Shown: positions 18,954 through 28,746 of the stretch, piece by piece | Position numbering within the stretch: position 1 is the first letter of the stretch | How the letters are laid out: the number at the start of each line of letters is the position of its first letter | Assembly: GCA_963796455.1 (NCBI GenBank) | Contig: CAWCLO010000005.1 | Span: 155,757-219,756 of the forward strand | Source: Candidatus Sulfomarinibacteraceae bacterium | GTDB lineage: Bacteria; Acidobacteriota; Thermoanaerobaculia; Thermoanaerobaculales; Sulfomarinibacteraceae | Direction of reading: 5' to 3' | Length of the DNA stretch: 64,000 nt | Position numbers and translations under genes: made by a program | The notes under the pieces: generated by a model | Seen by the model: only the letters and a program-made list of their open reading frames with translations | What the model was told of the DNA's origin: nothing | Database searches by the model: none

Positions 18954-20287
18954 GACATCTCCTCCATCCTGCTCCGGGTCGCCGTCCAGGCTTCACCGAC
19001 CCTTTCCCTCAATTGCACTGTATCGGTCGTGACGAGTTCATGGTCGACGACCACCGACGTTCCGTCAACCAGGACATGCCGGACCGCCGCGGCCGAGCTC
19101 CCATGGACGATCCGGGATGCCGGGTCGCCACCGGGAAGAGCGGACCACTCTTCGAGATCAACGATGACGATATCGGCCGCCTTTCCCACTTCCAGGGTGC
19201 CGATCTCGTTCGCCAGGTGCAGTGCGGCCGCGCCATCCCGGGTGGCCATGGCAAGAACCTGCCAGGCATCGACGGCGGTGGGCCCGTGGCGCAGGCCGTG
19301 GATCGTCGCCGCGAGGCTCATCTCGTGAAATATGGATAGCCGATTGTTGCACGGAGGGCCGTCGGCCCCGAGTGCGACCCGCACAGAGTGCTCGAGCAGC
19401 TTTGGGACATCGGCGATGCCCGAAGCCAGCTTCAGATTGGCGCCAGGGCAATGGCAGATCGTCGTGCCCGTTGCGTACAAGCGCGCGATCTCTTGATCGT
19501 CGAGGTGCACGCCGTGGGCCAGGATGACGTCCGGCCCGGTCAGGCCGTGTCGATCCAGAAAATCGATATTGCTGAGACCGCTCAGCCGCCGTACCTCCGC
19601 CACTTCCGCGAGGTTTTCCGAGGCATGGGTCTGCAGCAGCCAGCCGTGGCGGCGGGCCAACCGCGCCGTGCCGCGGAGAAGATCCTCAGAACAGGACAGT
19701 GCGAATCGCGGCGCCACCGCATAGAGCAGCCGTCCGTCGCACGCACCGTTCCAGCGCTTGCCGAGTTCCTCAGCATCGATGATGGAGCGATCCGGGTCTT
19801 CCAGAAGTGCCGAGGGCGTCGACTCTCCGATGTCCATGTGGGTCTTGCCCGAGACAAAGCGGATTCCGAGCCTTGCAGCGGCCTCGAAAACCCGTCCATG
19901 ATCGTGGGTGGTGCCGAAGTCCAGGGCCGTGGTGGTGCCGCCGCACAACAGTTCCGCAATTCCGAGTTCGGCCGCTGCTTCGACGCCGTCGCCGTCGAGG
20001 GCAGCCTCGTAGGGCCAGGTCTTCCGTTGCAGCCAGTCGAGCAGTTCGAGTCCGTCGGCCTGATGTCTGAGCAGAGATTGTACGACGTGAACATGGGCCT
20101 GAACAAAGCCTGGTAAGACGGCAGCACCGCCGGCGTCGATCACCCGATCCGGGGTGCAGTGGATCGTCGATGAAGGGCCCATCTCAGCGATGCGGCCATC
20201 GCGAACCAGCAGATCGCCTGTCTGCCATTCCCGGTCCCGTACCATGGGGACGAGGGTCCCCCCATGAATCAAGATCTCGTTATTCAC
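18950..20287 (-). CDS. Amidohydrolase, 5'-deoxyadenosine/MTA-SAH deaminase-like
   Basis: PGFVQAHVH, APRF, THASE, AHGVHL, HCPGANLKLASG, GADG; GTG 20287 preferred over ATG 20314. Confidence 0.85.
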   Translation of the reverse strand: MNNEILIHGGTLVPMVRDREWQTGDLLVRDGRIAEMGPSSTIHCTPDRVIDAGGAAVLPGFVQAHVHVVQSLLRHQADGLELLDWLQRKTWPYEAALDGDGVEAAAELGIAELLCGGTTTALDFGTTHDHGRVFEAAARLGIRFVSGKTHMDIGESTPSALLEDPDRSIIDAEELGKRWNGACDGRLLYAVAPRFALSCSEDLLRGTARLARRHGWLLQTHASENLAEVAEVRRLSGLSNIDFLDRHGLTGPDVILAHGVHLDDQEIARLYATGTTICHCPGANLKLASGIADVPKLLEHSVRVALGADGPPCNNRLSIFHEMSLAATIHGLRHGPTAVDAWQVLAMATRDGAAALHLANEIGTLEVGKAADIVIVDLEEWSALPGGDPASRIVHGSSAAAVRHVLVDGTSVVVDHELVTTDTVQLRERVGEAWTATRSRMEEMS

Positions 20288-21032
20288 GATCACCCGCCGG
20301 GCTGACCGCCTCATCGTCTTGCCGTGTATCGAATTGTTGTTGCGCTTTCAGGATCTTTTTGACGGCCGTGTCGACATCATCGACCAGCGACGGCAGCAGG
20401 AGGTCCTCGGCACTGACATAACCATTTCCAAGGGCCTGTTGGGTCAACCAATCGTGGAGGCCGCGCCAATGGCTGCCATAGAGCAGAAAGGGTGTCGGAG
20501 GCATGTGTTTGGCCTGCAGCAGTTGCCAGACCATGATGGCTTCAAGGGTCGAGCCGATCCCTCCCGGCAGAACCACAAAGGCCGAAGAAAGACGAACAAA
20601 GTGATGCAGGCGGGAGAAAAAGGTGCGGTGACGATAGACCCGTTCAACAAATGGTTCGCTGCCACCATCGGTCACGGTTCGGACCGGCAGATCGCCGCCG
20701 GCGGGGTGTTTCAGGTTTCCGCTGGAAGCACCCTGGTCGACTGCCTGCATCAAGCCACCACCGCCACCGGTAACGATCTCACAGCCGGCTTCGGCCAGTC
20801 GGCGGCCGAGTTCCCGGGCCTGGGTGAACAAGGGGTCGGACTCCTCGATCCGAGCCGAACCGAAGACCGAGACCCGAAAGCGTTCGAGGTTTCGCGGCTG
20901 CAGCCGCTCCAGGGTTTCGATGGTTTCCCAGAGTTGGGCGACGGAACCGTCGATGACCTCGACAAGGTTTGCCGCCACATCTTCGATGTCTCCATGTGGC
21001 TTTTGCTCGAGTTCGTCGAGGCGATCATTCAT
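20280..21032 (-). CDS. LOG-family nucleotide phosphoribohydrolase
   Basis: VSVFGSAR, TGGGGGLM, PGGIGSTLE. Confidence 0.85.
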   Translation of the reverse strand: MNDRLDELEQKPHGDIEDVAANLVEVIDGSVAQLWETIETLERLQPRNLERFRVSVFGSARIEESDPLFTQARELGRRLAEAGCEIVTGGGGGLMQAVDQGASSGNLKHPAGGDLPVRTVTDGGSEPFVERVYRHRTFFSRLHHFVRLSSAFVVLPGGIGSTLEAIMVWQLLQAKHMPPTPFLLYGSHWRGLHDWLTQQALGNGYVSAEDLLLPSLVDDVDTAVKKILKAQQQFDTRQDDEAVSPAGDRE

Positions 21033-21598
21033 GGATTGCTCTCTTCGTCCTCAAACAGTGGCAGGGTCGGTTCCAGCAGCGGGAGAAGCTTTTCGACGAT
21101 CGTCGTACACCAGGCGTTGCGGTCGCTGCGGTCGAGTCGCAGGGGGCTCAAGCCTCGTGTGGCGATCATTCCCTCCAACAAGAGCTCCACCTGCTCCTGG
21201 AACCTGGGGTCGACGGCACGAACTCCGTCGTAGGAAGGCCGCTCGGTGATTGGCAGGTGAACCAGGACATCGTAGCTGGGCATCCAGTAGTCGAGGAAGT
21301 GCTCCCACCCCCGGACAGTGCCCGTCGCGTGGACCAGATAACAATAATTGTCGAGCACCGAACGATCACAGAGAACCACGTCGTGCTCCGCGTCGGCCTC
21401 GAGCTCCCATGCAATCTGGGTGTGGAGAATCCACTCCTGGGCCGCCACCGTTGTCTCCTGATTGATCGGAAGAGGACAACGGCGCGCGATTTCACGCACC
21501 ATTTCGAGATCGGCGTTCCGTCGTTTCAGGGCTGCCGCAAGCTCAAAACAAAGCGTCGTCTTGCCGACACCATGGCTACCGATGAGAGCGATTTTCAT
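21029..21598 (-). CDS. P-loop nucleotide-kinase-like protein (AAA_28/NadR-like)
   Basis: GSHGVGKTT, CDRSVLD, DGVR. Confidence 0.8.
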   Translation of the reverse strand: MKIALIGSHGVGKTTLCFELAAALKRRNADLEMVREIARRCPLPINQETTVAAQEWILHTQIAWELEADAEHDVVLCDRSVLDNYCYLVHATGTVRGWEHFLDYWMPSYDVLVHLPITERPSYDGVRAVDPRFQEQVELLLEGMIATRGLSPLRLDRSDRNAWCTTIVEKLLPLLEPTLPLFEDEESNP

Positions 21599-21630
21599 AG
21601 GCGATACATTTTAGACGAGAAAGGGGCGAA

Positions 21631-21750
21631 GGGCCATAAGCTATGGGCTATGGGCTAGTAAGCTATGGGCTATAAGCTATGGGCTATAGGCCCTAAGCTC
21701 CAATTCTAATACCTATAGCCTATAGCGAATGGCGCATAGCCTATTGCCTA
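21631..21750. repeat. Inverted heptamer tandem arrays (GCTATRR)n / (YYATAGC)n
   Basis: gctatgggctatgggc...gctataagctatgggctatagg then cctatagcctatagc...catagcc. Confidence 0.85.
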
Positions 21751-21784
21751 CTCGGCCTTGCGCTCAGCGTTGGCCGATTGTGTG

Positions 21785-22498
21785 TCAGCGACCCGCGGGT
21801 GCTCCGGTCGGGCGCAAGGCCCCGGGCAGCGCTTTGGCGGCTTCGAGCATCGCCTCGTGGATCGCGTCGGCCGAGTCGGACTCCACCAGACGACCGAGAC
21901 GGGACGGGCTGCGAACGATCCACGCAAGACGAGAGAGCCACCGCAGGTGGAGCGCGTCGTTGCGGAGTGCAAGGAGAAAGAAGATGTTGGTCTTGCCCAT
22001 GTCGGGAGAACCGAAAACCACGCCTTCGGGCGACCGGCCCATGGCGATGAACTGCTGCGGGAATTTGTCGGCCGCACGGCGGCGGGCATGGAGGAAAGCA
22101 ACGCCCTCCGGAACAGCTGTCGGCACCAGGCGCTCGCGGGCCGCAAGTGCAGCTTCCAACCATGATTGGTCCTCGACCAGACCGAGTCCGGTCACATGCT
22201 CTGCCATGGCGTGGATGACCTCGGGCCGACTGCCGGCCTTGAGATCCGGGATGATCTGGTCGACGGTGAAGATCTCTTCCATCGGGGCATCGATCACCTG
22301 ATTCGGGGCCGTGCCCGAGGTCGCGACCGATTCCGAGGCGAGAGTATCCAGATACTCGTCGAGCAGGGCACGGCGGAATCGCCATTGGCCGCCGATCTTG
22401 ACGCCCGGGATTTTGCCTTCGTGCGCGAGCCGAACGAGGGTCCTTTCGGCCAACTTGAGATACTCGGCGGCTTCCTTGGCTGTCAAATACGATTCCAT
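21785..22498 (-). CDS. Excisionase-type HTH fused to PTS EIIA (PtsN-like) domain
   Basis: [43 protein letters not shown]. Confidence 0.85.
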   Translation of the reverse strand: MESYLTAKEAAEYLKLAERTLVRLAHEGKIPGVKIGGQWRFRRALLDEYLDTLASESVATSGTAPNQVIDAPMEEIFTVDQIIPDLKAGSRPEVIHAMAEHVTGLGLVEDQSWLEAALAARERLVPTAVPEGVAFLHARRRAADKFPQQFIAMGRSPEGVVFGSPDMGKTNIFFLLALRNDALHLRWLSRLAWIVRSPSRLGRLVESDSADAIHEAMLEAAKALPGALRPTGAPAGR

Positions 22499-22823
22499 CG
22501 CTTGCCTCCCCATTGCCGACCGAATGCGGCTGTATCTGGCTGAATACTCCTTTTTGGAGGGAATGTCAAGCAAAGACCGGGGCATCCGGGCTTTGAGATC
22601 TTTGGCGCACCTCAACGTCTCAGCTCCCCTTGCGTGCATTCACGCTGTGTGCTATCACGTATCTCCGTCCGGGAGTGAGGCCGACGCCGCAGATCACCCG
22701 GGAACGGTCGAGGAGGGTGTCCAGGAGCTGGCCGCCGACGCCGCGCTCGCAAAAAGGGTGTGGTGCCGGTCGCTTTGCTGTGAAACACTCTTTGAAATTG
22801 AAGACGACGAAAAGGGGACAATC

Positions 22824-23060
22824 ATGGATGTAGAAGCGAAGGTCAAAGAAATCATTGTGCAACAGCTCGGTGTCGACGCCGGCAAGGTGACCGCCGACGC
22901 ATCGTTTGTGGACGACCTGGGTGCGGACTCGCTCGACGTTGTCGAGCTCGTCATGGCATTCGAAGAAGAGTTCAGCGTCGAGATTCCGGATGAAGCCGCC
23001 GAGAAGATCGCGACCGTCAAGGACGCCAACGAGTTTCTGAAGGCGAACCTGAGCAGCTGA
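22824..23060 (+). CDS. acpP: Acyl carrier protein
   Basis: [21 protein letters not shown]. Confidence 0.97.
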   Translation: MDVEAKVKEIIVQQLGVDAGKVTADASFVDDLGADSLDVVELVMAFEEEFSVEIPDEAAEKIATVKDANEFLKANLSS

Positions 23061-24298
23061 TGGCTCGCCGCGTAGTCGTCACGGGTGTTGGGCTGCTCTC
23101 GCCCCTCGGGGTCGGGACGGAACCGACGTGGGACGGCCTCGTGGCCGGAAAGAGCGGCGTCTCGACCATCACCCGATTCGACACCACCGATTACCCGGTC
23201 CACATTGCCGCCGAGGTCGAGGGTTTCGAACCGACCGACTGGATCGAGCACAAAGAGGTCAAGAAGTTTGACCTCTTCGTCCACTATGCGCTGGCAGCGA
23301 GCCAGATGGCCCTGCAACAGTCGGGGCTCGAAATCACCGATGAGAACGCGCCGCGGGTCGGCGTCGTGGTCGGTTCGGGCATCGGTGGATTCCCATTGAT
23401 CGAGAAGCAACACAGTGTCCTTCTCAATCGGGGGCCGCGAAAGGTGTCGCCCTTCTTCATTCCCGGCGCCATCATCAACATGTGTTCGGGGCTCATCAGC
23501 ATCAAGACAGGGGCCAAGGGCCCGAACATGGCGACCTGTACCGCCTGCTCCACCTCGGCGCACGCGATCGGGGACGCCTTGCTCTATATCCGCCACGGTT
23601 ATGCCGACGCCATCCTCGCCGGTGGTTCGGAGGCGGTGATCACACCGATGCCGGTGGCCGGTTTTTCTTCGATGCGTGCTCTTTCGACCCGTAATGACGA
23701 ACCGGAGCGGGCCTCCCGACCCTGGGACAAGGACCGTGATGGATTTGTCATGGGTGAGGGAGCCGGAATCGTGATGCTCGAAGAGATGGAACACGCCAAA
23801 CGGCGTGGCGCGCCGATCCTGGCCGAGGTGCTGGGCTTTGGCATGTCCTCGGACGCACATCATATTTCCGCTCCGTCAGAAGACGGCGATGGTGCGATTC
23901 GGGTGATTCGGTCGGCGCTCGAAGACGCCTCCTGCAACCCCGAGGATGTGGACTACATCAACGCGCACGGAACCTCGACGCCGGCTGGTGACATCGTCGA
24001 GACCATCGCGATGAAGGCCGTCTTTGGAGACCATGCCCGTAAGCTCATGGTGTCCTCCACCAAATCCATGTCCGGGCATCTTCTCGGTGCGGCGGGTGGA
24101 TTCGAGTTCGGGGTCGTCGTGCAATCGTTGCTCAACGGTATCGTGCCGCCGACCATCAACCTCGACGAGCCGGATCCGGAAAATGACCTCGATTATGTGC
24201 CGCACACCGCCCGCGATGCCGATCTGAAGATCGCTCTGACCAACAGCTTTGGATTTGGCGGCACCAACGCATGCCTGGTGGTAGGTAAGATCGACTGA
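23060..24298 (+). CDS. fabF: 3-oxoacyl-ACP synthase II
   Basis: TACSTS, INAHGTST, GHLLGAAG, NSFGFGG. Confidence 0.96.
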   Translation: MARRVVVTGVGLLSPLGVGTEPTWDGLVAGKSGVSTITRFDTTDYPVHIAAEVEGFEPTDWIEHKEVKKFDLFVHYALAASQMALQQSGLEITDENAPRVGVVVGSGIGGFPLIEKQHSVLLNRGPRKVSPFFIPGAIINMCSGLISIKTGAKGPNMATCTACSTSAHAIGDALLYIRHGYADAILAGGSEAVITPMPVAGFSSMRALSTRNDEPERASRPWDKDRDGFVMGEGAGIVMLEEMEHAKRRGAPILAEVLGFGMSSDAHHISAPSEDGDGAIRVIRSALEDASCNPEDVDYINAHGTSTPAGDIVETIAMKAVFGDHARKLMVSSTKSMSGHLLGAAGGFEFGVVVQSLLNGIVPPTINLDEPDPENDLDYVPHTARDADLKIALTNSFGFGGTNACLVVGKID

Positions 24299-24325
24299 CG
24301 ATGAGCCAGCGATAAATCAGATAAA

Positions 24326-26143
24326 ATGAATTCCGGAAACCCACTGGTCAAGGCCCTCGTTCGGTTCTCGGACCGCGTCGATTTTTACAATTTCGGGCGT
24401 TGGCTGGTGCTGGCCCTGTTGGTCGGGGTCGTTGCCGGTCTCGGGGGCACCCTGCTGACCTGGGGCGTCGACGGAATCAGTTCGGTCCTCCTTCACGGTG
24501 TGGTCGGTTTCGACGTACCGGGTCACGGTGCGACGGCTCACGATGGATGGAGCCAACCCGAACGACCGTGGTATCTCCTGCTGATCCTTCCCGTTGCCGG
24601 TCTGATCGTTGGTTGGATCGTGCGGACATTCGCGCCCGAGGCCGAGGGGCACGGAACCGATGCCGTGATCAATGCCTATCACAAGGGCCGGGCCGTGCTC
24701 CGCAAAAGAGTGATTCCGGTCAAATTGATCACCTCCATGTTGACCATCGGTTCGGGTGGATCGGCAGGTCGCGAGGGCCCGGTGGCTCAGATTGGTGCCG
24801 GATTCGGATCGTACCTGGCAGATCTCCTGCGACTCGGATACCACGATCGGCGGGTGCTTGTGATCTCGGGCATGGCGGCCGGTATCGGCGGCATGTTCAG
24901 GGCGCCGCTCGGGGCCGCGCTCTTTGCGGTCGAGGTCCTGTACTCGGATCCTGATTTTGAATCCGAGGCGCTGATCCCGGCGATTATTTCGTCCATCGTG
25001 TCCTACGTCGTGGTTGCTTCCCTCACCGGTTGGCACTCCATCTTCGACACCGTGGATATTCGTTTTGCCCGGCCCCACGAGCTCGTCGCCTACCTGGTGC
25101 TCGGGATGGTGGTGGCGATCGTCGGAGTTATCTACGTCAAGGTTTTCTACGGCATGCGTGACAATGTCTTTGCACGCTTGCCGATCCCGGGCTGGACCAA
25201 ACCCGCGGTCGGCGGCCTCTTGCTGGCACTGCTCGCGCTGGCGGTGCCGCAGGTGCTGGGCGGCGGTTACGGTTGGCTCCAGTTGACCATCGACGGAGAG
25301 CTCCCGTTGAAGATACTTCTCCTCCTTCTGCCGGCGAAGATCCTGGCGACCTCGTTTACGATTTCCTCCGGTGGTTCGGGAGGTGTCTTTGCACCCTCCC
25401 TGGTGATCGGCGGCGTCACCGGTGCGATCTTTGCCGTCCTCGTCGAGCGGGTTGCGCCTCAGTTCGCGCCTCAGTCCGCAGCCTGCGTGCTGGTGGGCAT
25501 GGGTGGTTTTTTTGCCGGCGTTGCCAAGGTGCCCATCGCTTCCCTCATCATGGTCGCCGAAATGAGCGGGTCTTATGGCCTGCTGGTGCCGATGATGTTG
25601 GTCTCCTCGGTCGCCTACATGCTGATGCGTGGCGTCAGCATCTACGAGGCGCAGGTTCCCGGACGGGTCGACTCGCCCGCCCACATCGGCGAATTCCAGG
25701 TCGACGTCCTCGAAAGGCTGACTGTGGCCGAGGTGATGGAGCCCGATCAGAGCGTGGTCTCGATCCACCCCGGAACCTCTTTCGAGCGCGTCCTCGAGAT
25801 TGTCGGTGATGCCGATCAGGAGGCCTTTCCGGTTGTCGATGAACACGGCACGATCGAGGGCATGTTCAGCATCAACGACGTGCGCCGCGTGATGGCGACC
25901 CCCGAAGTGTGGCCGCTGCTGGTGGCTTCTGATCTCGGTGTGACCGCCCGCGGTATGGCCTATCTCGAACCCGATGACGATCTCCACTCGGCGCTGCAGC
26001 GCTTCACCGCCTTCAAACGTGAGATTCTCCCGGTGGTCGATGGACACCCTCCGGCGCCGGTGATCGGTATTCTCCGTCACCATCAGGTGATGGAGGCCTA
26101 CGACCGCGAGATCAAGAAGCATCAGGAAGAGCACGGGGACTGA
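24326..26143 (+). CDS. ClC-family chloride channel/antiporter with CBS pair
   Basis: GSGGSAGREGP, GGSGGVFAP; C-terminal CBS domains. Confidence 0.92.
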   Translation: MNSGNPLVKALVRFSDRVDFYNFGRWLVLALLVGVVAGLGGTLLTWGVDGISSVLLHGVVGFDVPGHGATAHDGWSQPERPWYLLLILPVAGLIVGWIVRTFAPEAEGHGTDAVINAYHKGRAVLRKRVIPVKLITSMLTIGSGGSAGREGPVAQIGAGFGSYLADLLRLGYHDRRVLVISGMAAGIGGMFRAPLGAALFAVEVLYSDPDFESEALIPAIISSIVSYVVVASLTGWHSIFDTVDIRFARPHELVAYLVLGMVVAIVGVIYVKVFYGMRDNVFARLPIPGWTKPAVGGLLLALLALAVPQVLGGGYGWLQLTIDGELPLKILLLLLPAKILATSFTISSGGSGGVFAPSLVIGGVTGAIFAVLVERVAPQFAPQSAACVLVGMGGFFAGVAKVPIASLIMVAEMSGSYGLLVPMMLVSSVAYMLMRGVSIYEAQVPGRVDSPAHIGEFQVDVLERLTVAEVMEPDQSVVSIHPGTSFERVLEIVGDADQEAFPVVDEHGTIEGMFSINDVRRVMATPEVWPLLVASDLGVTARGMAYLEPDDDLHSALQRFTAFKREILPVVDGHPPAPVIGILRHHQVMEAYDREIKKHQEEHGD

Positions 26144-26220
26144 CGACCCACCCGCCCGATTCTCGAGGCTCGATACTCGATTCGCCCACCAATTCTTCGT
26201 TTTTGTCTCTGAGGCCGGAT

Positions 26221-26485
26221 TTCAGCGGTTGTGACAGTTGGCAGCGACAGTGTCCAGCGTCAGCGATCAGCGGCGCCGATCAGCGGCGGCGATCAGGTGC
26301 AGTGACGGCGTGGCCACCTCCGGGTCGTTCAAGAAAAGGAACAGCCATTGTGGTGCAGGCGTCTCGCCTGCACACCGTGCGGCCGAGACGGCCGCACCAC
26401 AAAAGCCACGGTCCAGAAGAAGAGCGCGCTGTTCGCTGGCGGTGTCGCTGTCCCTGAACGCTATCCGAGACCATGTCCTGGACAA
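26221..26485 (+). repeat. Modular intergenic element, copy 3 (most complete: core 26289-26332, REP doublet 26348-26402)
   Basis: CAGCGA-type repeats, core, doublet, TCGCTG-type repeats, 3' tail. Confidence 0.88.
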
Positions 26486-26596
26486 CGGCCTCCAGCATCC
26501 ACCATCGAGTGTCGAGTATGTGTGGGCGGCGAACGATCCGTTCGATAGCGAGACCGTTCCAGGCTACGCCAATGGCTCACGGCCCACCGGCGAACC

Positions 26597-26635
26597 GCCC
26601 ATAGCCCATAGCTCATAGCTTATCGCCCATAGCCT
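26597..26635. repeat. Heptamer tandem array (GCYCATA)n
   Basis: gcccata gcccata gctcata gcttatc gcccata; same family as 21631-21750. Confidence 0.8.
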
Positions 26636-26712
26636 GAGGCGCCGCGCAGTGCTAAACTACGCCCTGTGAATACCCATTCATTTTTCCCACAATTCAACGA
26701 AGGAGGCATGCC

Positions 26713-27492
26713 GTGAACTGTATCGTGTGCGTGGCCAGCGTTCCGGATACGGCGTCGGTCATCAAGGTTGGAGCGGACGGCAAGGGCATCGACTCGGCCG
26801 GAATCAAATGGATCGTCTCGCCCTATGACGAATACGCCCTCGAGGCAGCCCTGCTGCTCACCGAGGACAAGGGCGGCGAAGTCACCGTCGTTACCTATGG
26901 GCCGGATTCGGCCGAGGCGGCGCTGCGCGACTGCCTCGCTCGAGGTGCCCACCAGGCGGTGCATGTGCTCGGTGGCGAAGCGACTCTCGGCGACAGTCTC
27001 ACCATCGCCAAGGTGCTCGCCGCGGTGATCAAGGATCGTGAATACGACCTGGTGCTGTGCGGCATCAAGGGCGTCGGCACCGACTGCGGTCAGGTTGGGC
27101 AGATGCTTGCGGAATTGCTCGATCTCCCGCATGTGGCTGTCATCACCGAGCTCGAGGTGGGCGACGGCACGCTCGTTGCGGTGCGCGAGGTCGAGGGCGG
27201 TAAAGAAAAGGTCGAAAGCCCGCTGCCGGCCCTGCTGACCTGCCAAAAAGGCCTCAACGAGCCCCGTTACGCTGCGCTCAAAGGGATCATGGCCGCCAAA
27301 CGCAAACCGGTGGACAAGGTCGAAGTCTCCAGCCTCGGCATCGAGGAGGGGGCCGATCCGTTCTACATGGTCGAAACCTTCGAACTGCCGCCGGACAAGG
27401 CGGCGGGAACCATCATCCAGGGCGGGGACGACGCCGCAGCCGCGGCCGCCGAGCTCGTCAAACTGCTTCGCGAAGAAGCGAAGGCGATTTAG
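26713..27492 (+). CDS. etfB: Electron transfer flavoprotein beta subunit
   Basis: PYDEYALEAAL, REVEGG, NEPRYAALKGIMAAK. Confidence 0.95.
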   Translation: MNCIVCVASVPDTASVIKVGADGKGIDSAGIKWIVSPYDEYALEAALLLTEDKGGEVTVVTYGPDSAEAALRDCLARGAHQAVHVLGGEATLGDSLTIAKVLAAVIKDREYDLVLCGIKGVGTDCGQVGQMLAELLDLPHVAVITELEVGDGTLVAVREVEGGKEKVESPLPALLTCQKGLNEPRYAALKGIMAAKRKPVDKVEVSSLGIEEGADPFYMVETFELPPDKAAGTIIQGGDDAAAAAAELVKLLREEAKAI

Positions 27493-27499
27493 GGAGGCG

Positions 27500-28457
27500 A
27501 TGATGGCTGGCATTCTCGTTTTTGTCGAACAACGTAATGGTGAAATCAGAAAGGCCTCCCTGCAGGCGGTGTCGGAAGCCAAGCGCCAGGGTGGCCCCGT
27601 GACCGCGGTTCTGCCGGGTTCGGGCATCACTGACGCGGCTGCCGGGATCGGCGCCTTTGGTGCGGACAAGGTCTTCGTGGCCGACGACCCAAATCTCGGC
27701 TCTCTACTCGTCGGAAGGATATGCCGAGGCGGTGGTCAAAGCCACTGAACTGAGCGAACCAATGGCGATCTTCTTTGCCGGTTCGGCCATGGGCAGCGAT
27801 CTCGCGCCGCGGGTCGCGGCTCGGCTCGGTGTCGGTGGTTTGGCCGACGTCGTGGAGCTCAGCCTCGATGGTGATGCATTCAGCGCCAAGCGGCCGGTTT
27901 ATTCGGGCAAGGCATTCTCGACCGTGACGACGGCCGGAAAGAGGCCCCAGGTCATCAGCCTTCGCCCCAACGTCTTTGCAGCAGAAGAAACGGGCGGTAC
28001 GGCCGAGGTGGTGGCCCTCGATGGACTGTCGCTGTCGATCCGCGCCGTGGTCAAGGAGCTCATGTCGGCCGCCGGCGGTGAGCTCGACGTGGCCGAGGCG
28101 GACATCATCGTGTCGGGCGGACGCGGCATCAAGGGCCCGGAAAACTTCGCCCTCATCAAAGAGCTCGCCGATGCTCTCGGCGGCGCGGTCGGCGCATCGC
28201 GTGCGGCGGTGGACGCGGGTTGGATCGAACACTCACACCAGGTCGGCCAGACCGGCAAGGTCGTGAGCCCCTCGCTGTATATCGCGGCCGGGATCTCCGG
28301 TGCGATCCAGCATCTTGCGGGAATGAGCTCTTCAAAGGTCATCGTCGCCATCAACAAGGACCCCGATGCGCCCATCTTCAAGGTTGCCGACTATGGCGTT
28401 GTCGGTGATCTTTTCGATGTGATCCCACCCATGGTGGAGGCCATCAAGTCGCTGTAG
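27500..28457 (+). CDS. etfA: Electron transfer flavoprotein alpha subunit; split by +1 frameshift near 27698
   Basis: VSGGRG, GASRAAVD, QVGQTGK, GISGAIQH; removing one base in ctcggctctc restores DDPNL(A/G)LYSSEGY. Confidence 0.92.
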
Positions 28458-28480
28458 CGCGGCCCCCATTTCAAACTTAC

Positions 28481-28509
28481 AACGGCGGGCTTCGGCCCGC
28501 CGTTTTTTT
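28481..28509 (+). terminator. Rho-independent terminator after etfA
   Basis: AACGGCGGGC-TTCG-GCCCGCCGTT followed by T run. Confidence 0.9.
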
Positions 28510-28746
28510 CTCGAATCAGGTAGATCCTGTCCCTGAAGTGCCAGTATCAACTCGGCGGATGTCGGTGATACACTCCCGCCCTGATCATAATGGCTGAGGA
28601 TTTCCTGCACAGCCGGACCGAAAAAGCGTTAGCGCTTCGCCGCAACGGACGGGTCCCACGTCAGTCCGGATGCGATGCTCGTCCTGCCGCTGGTCTATCC
28701 CGGCCCTGGAGTCCCCGTTGAGTTCCCAAATGGAAGGAGATTCCGC

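Noticed and set aside
21785..22498. Excisionase as evidence of a prophage or integrative element
   Set aside because: HTH is fused to an EIIA domain; no integrase or phage genes nearby
22311..22823. Long N-terminal extension on acpP in the ORF track (also on cydD 30891, regulator 11244, barrel 56254, ribH 7848)
   Set aside because: Homology begins at downstream starts, mostly with SD sites; extensions overlap other genes or promoters
26289..26332. 44-bp core as tRNA fragment or self-cleaving ribozyme (GTTCAA end)
   Set aside because: No cloverleaf; I could not fit HDV or hammerhead pairings by eye; left as an unknown element
17413..26635. Heptamer arrays as possible CRISPR repeats
   Set aside because: Units are 7-8 bp, tandem without unique spacers, and no cas genes are present
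27500..28457. etfA as a pseudogene or two genes
   Set aside because: One base correction restores a full, conserved EtfA next to intact etfB
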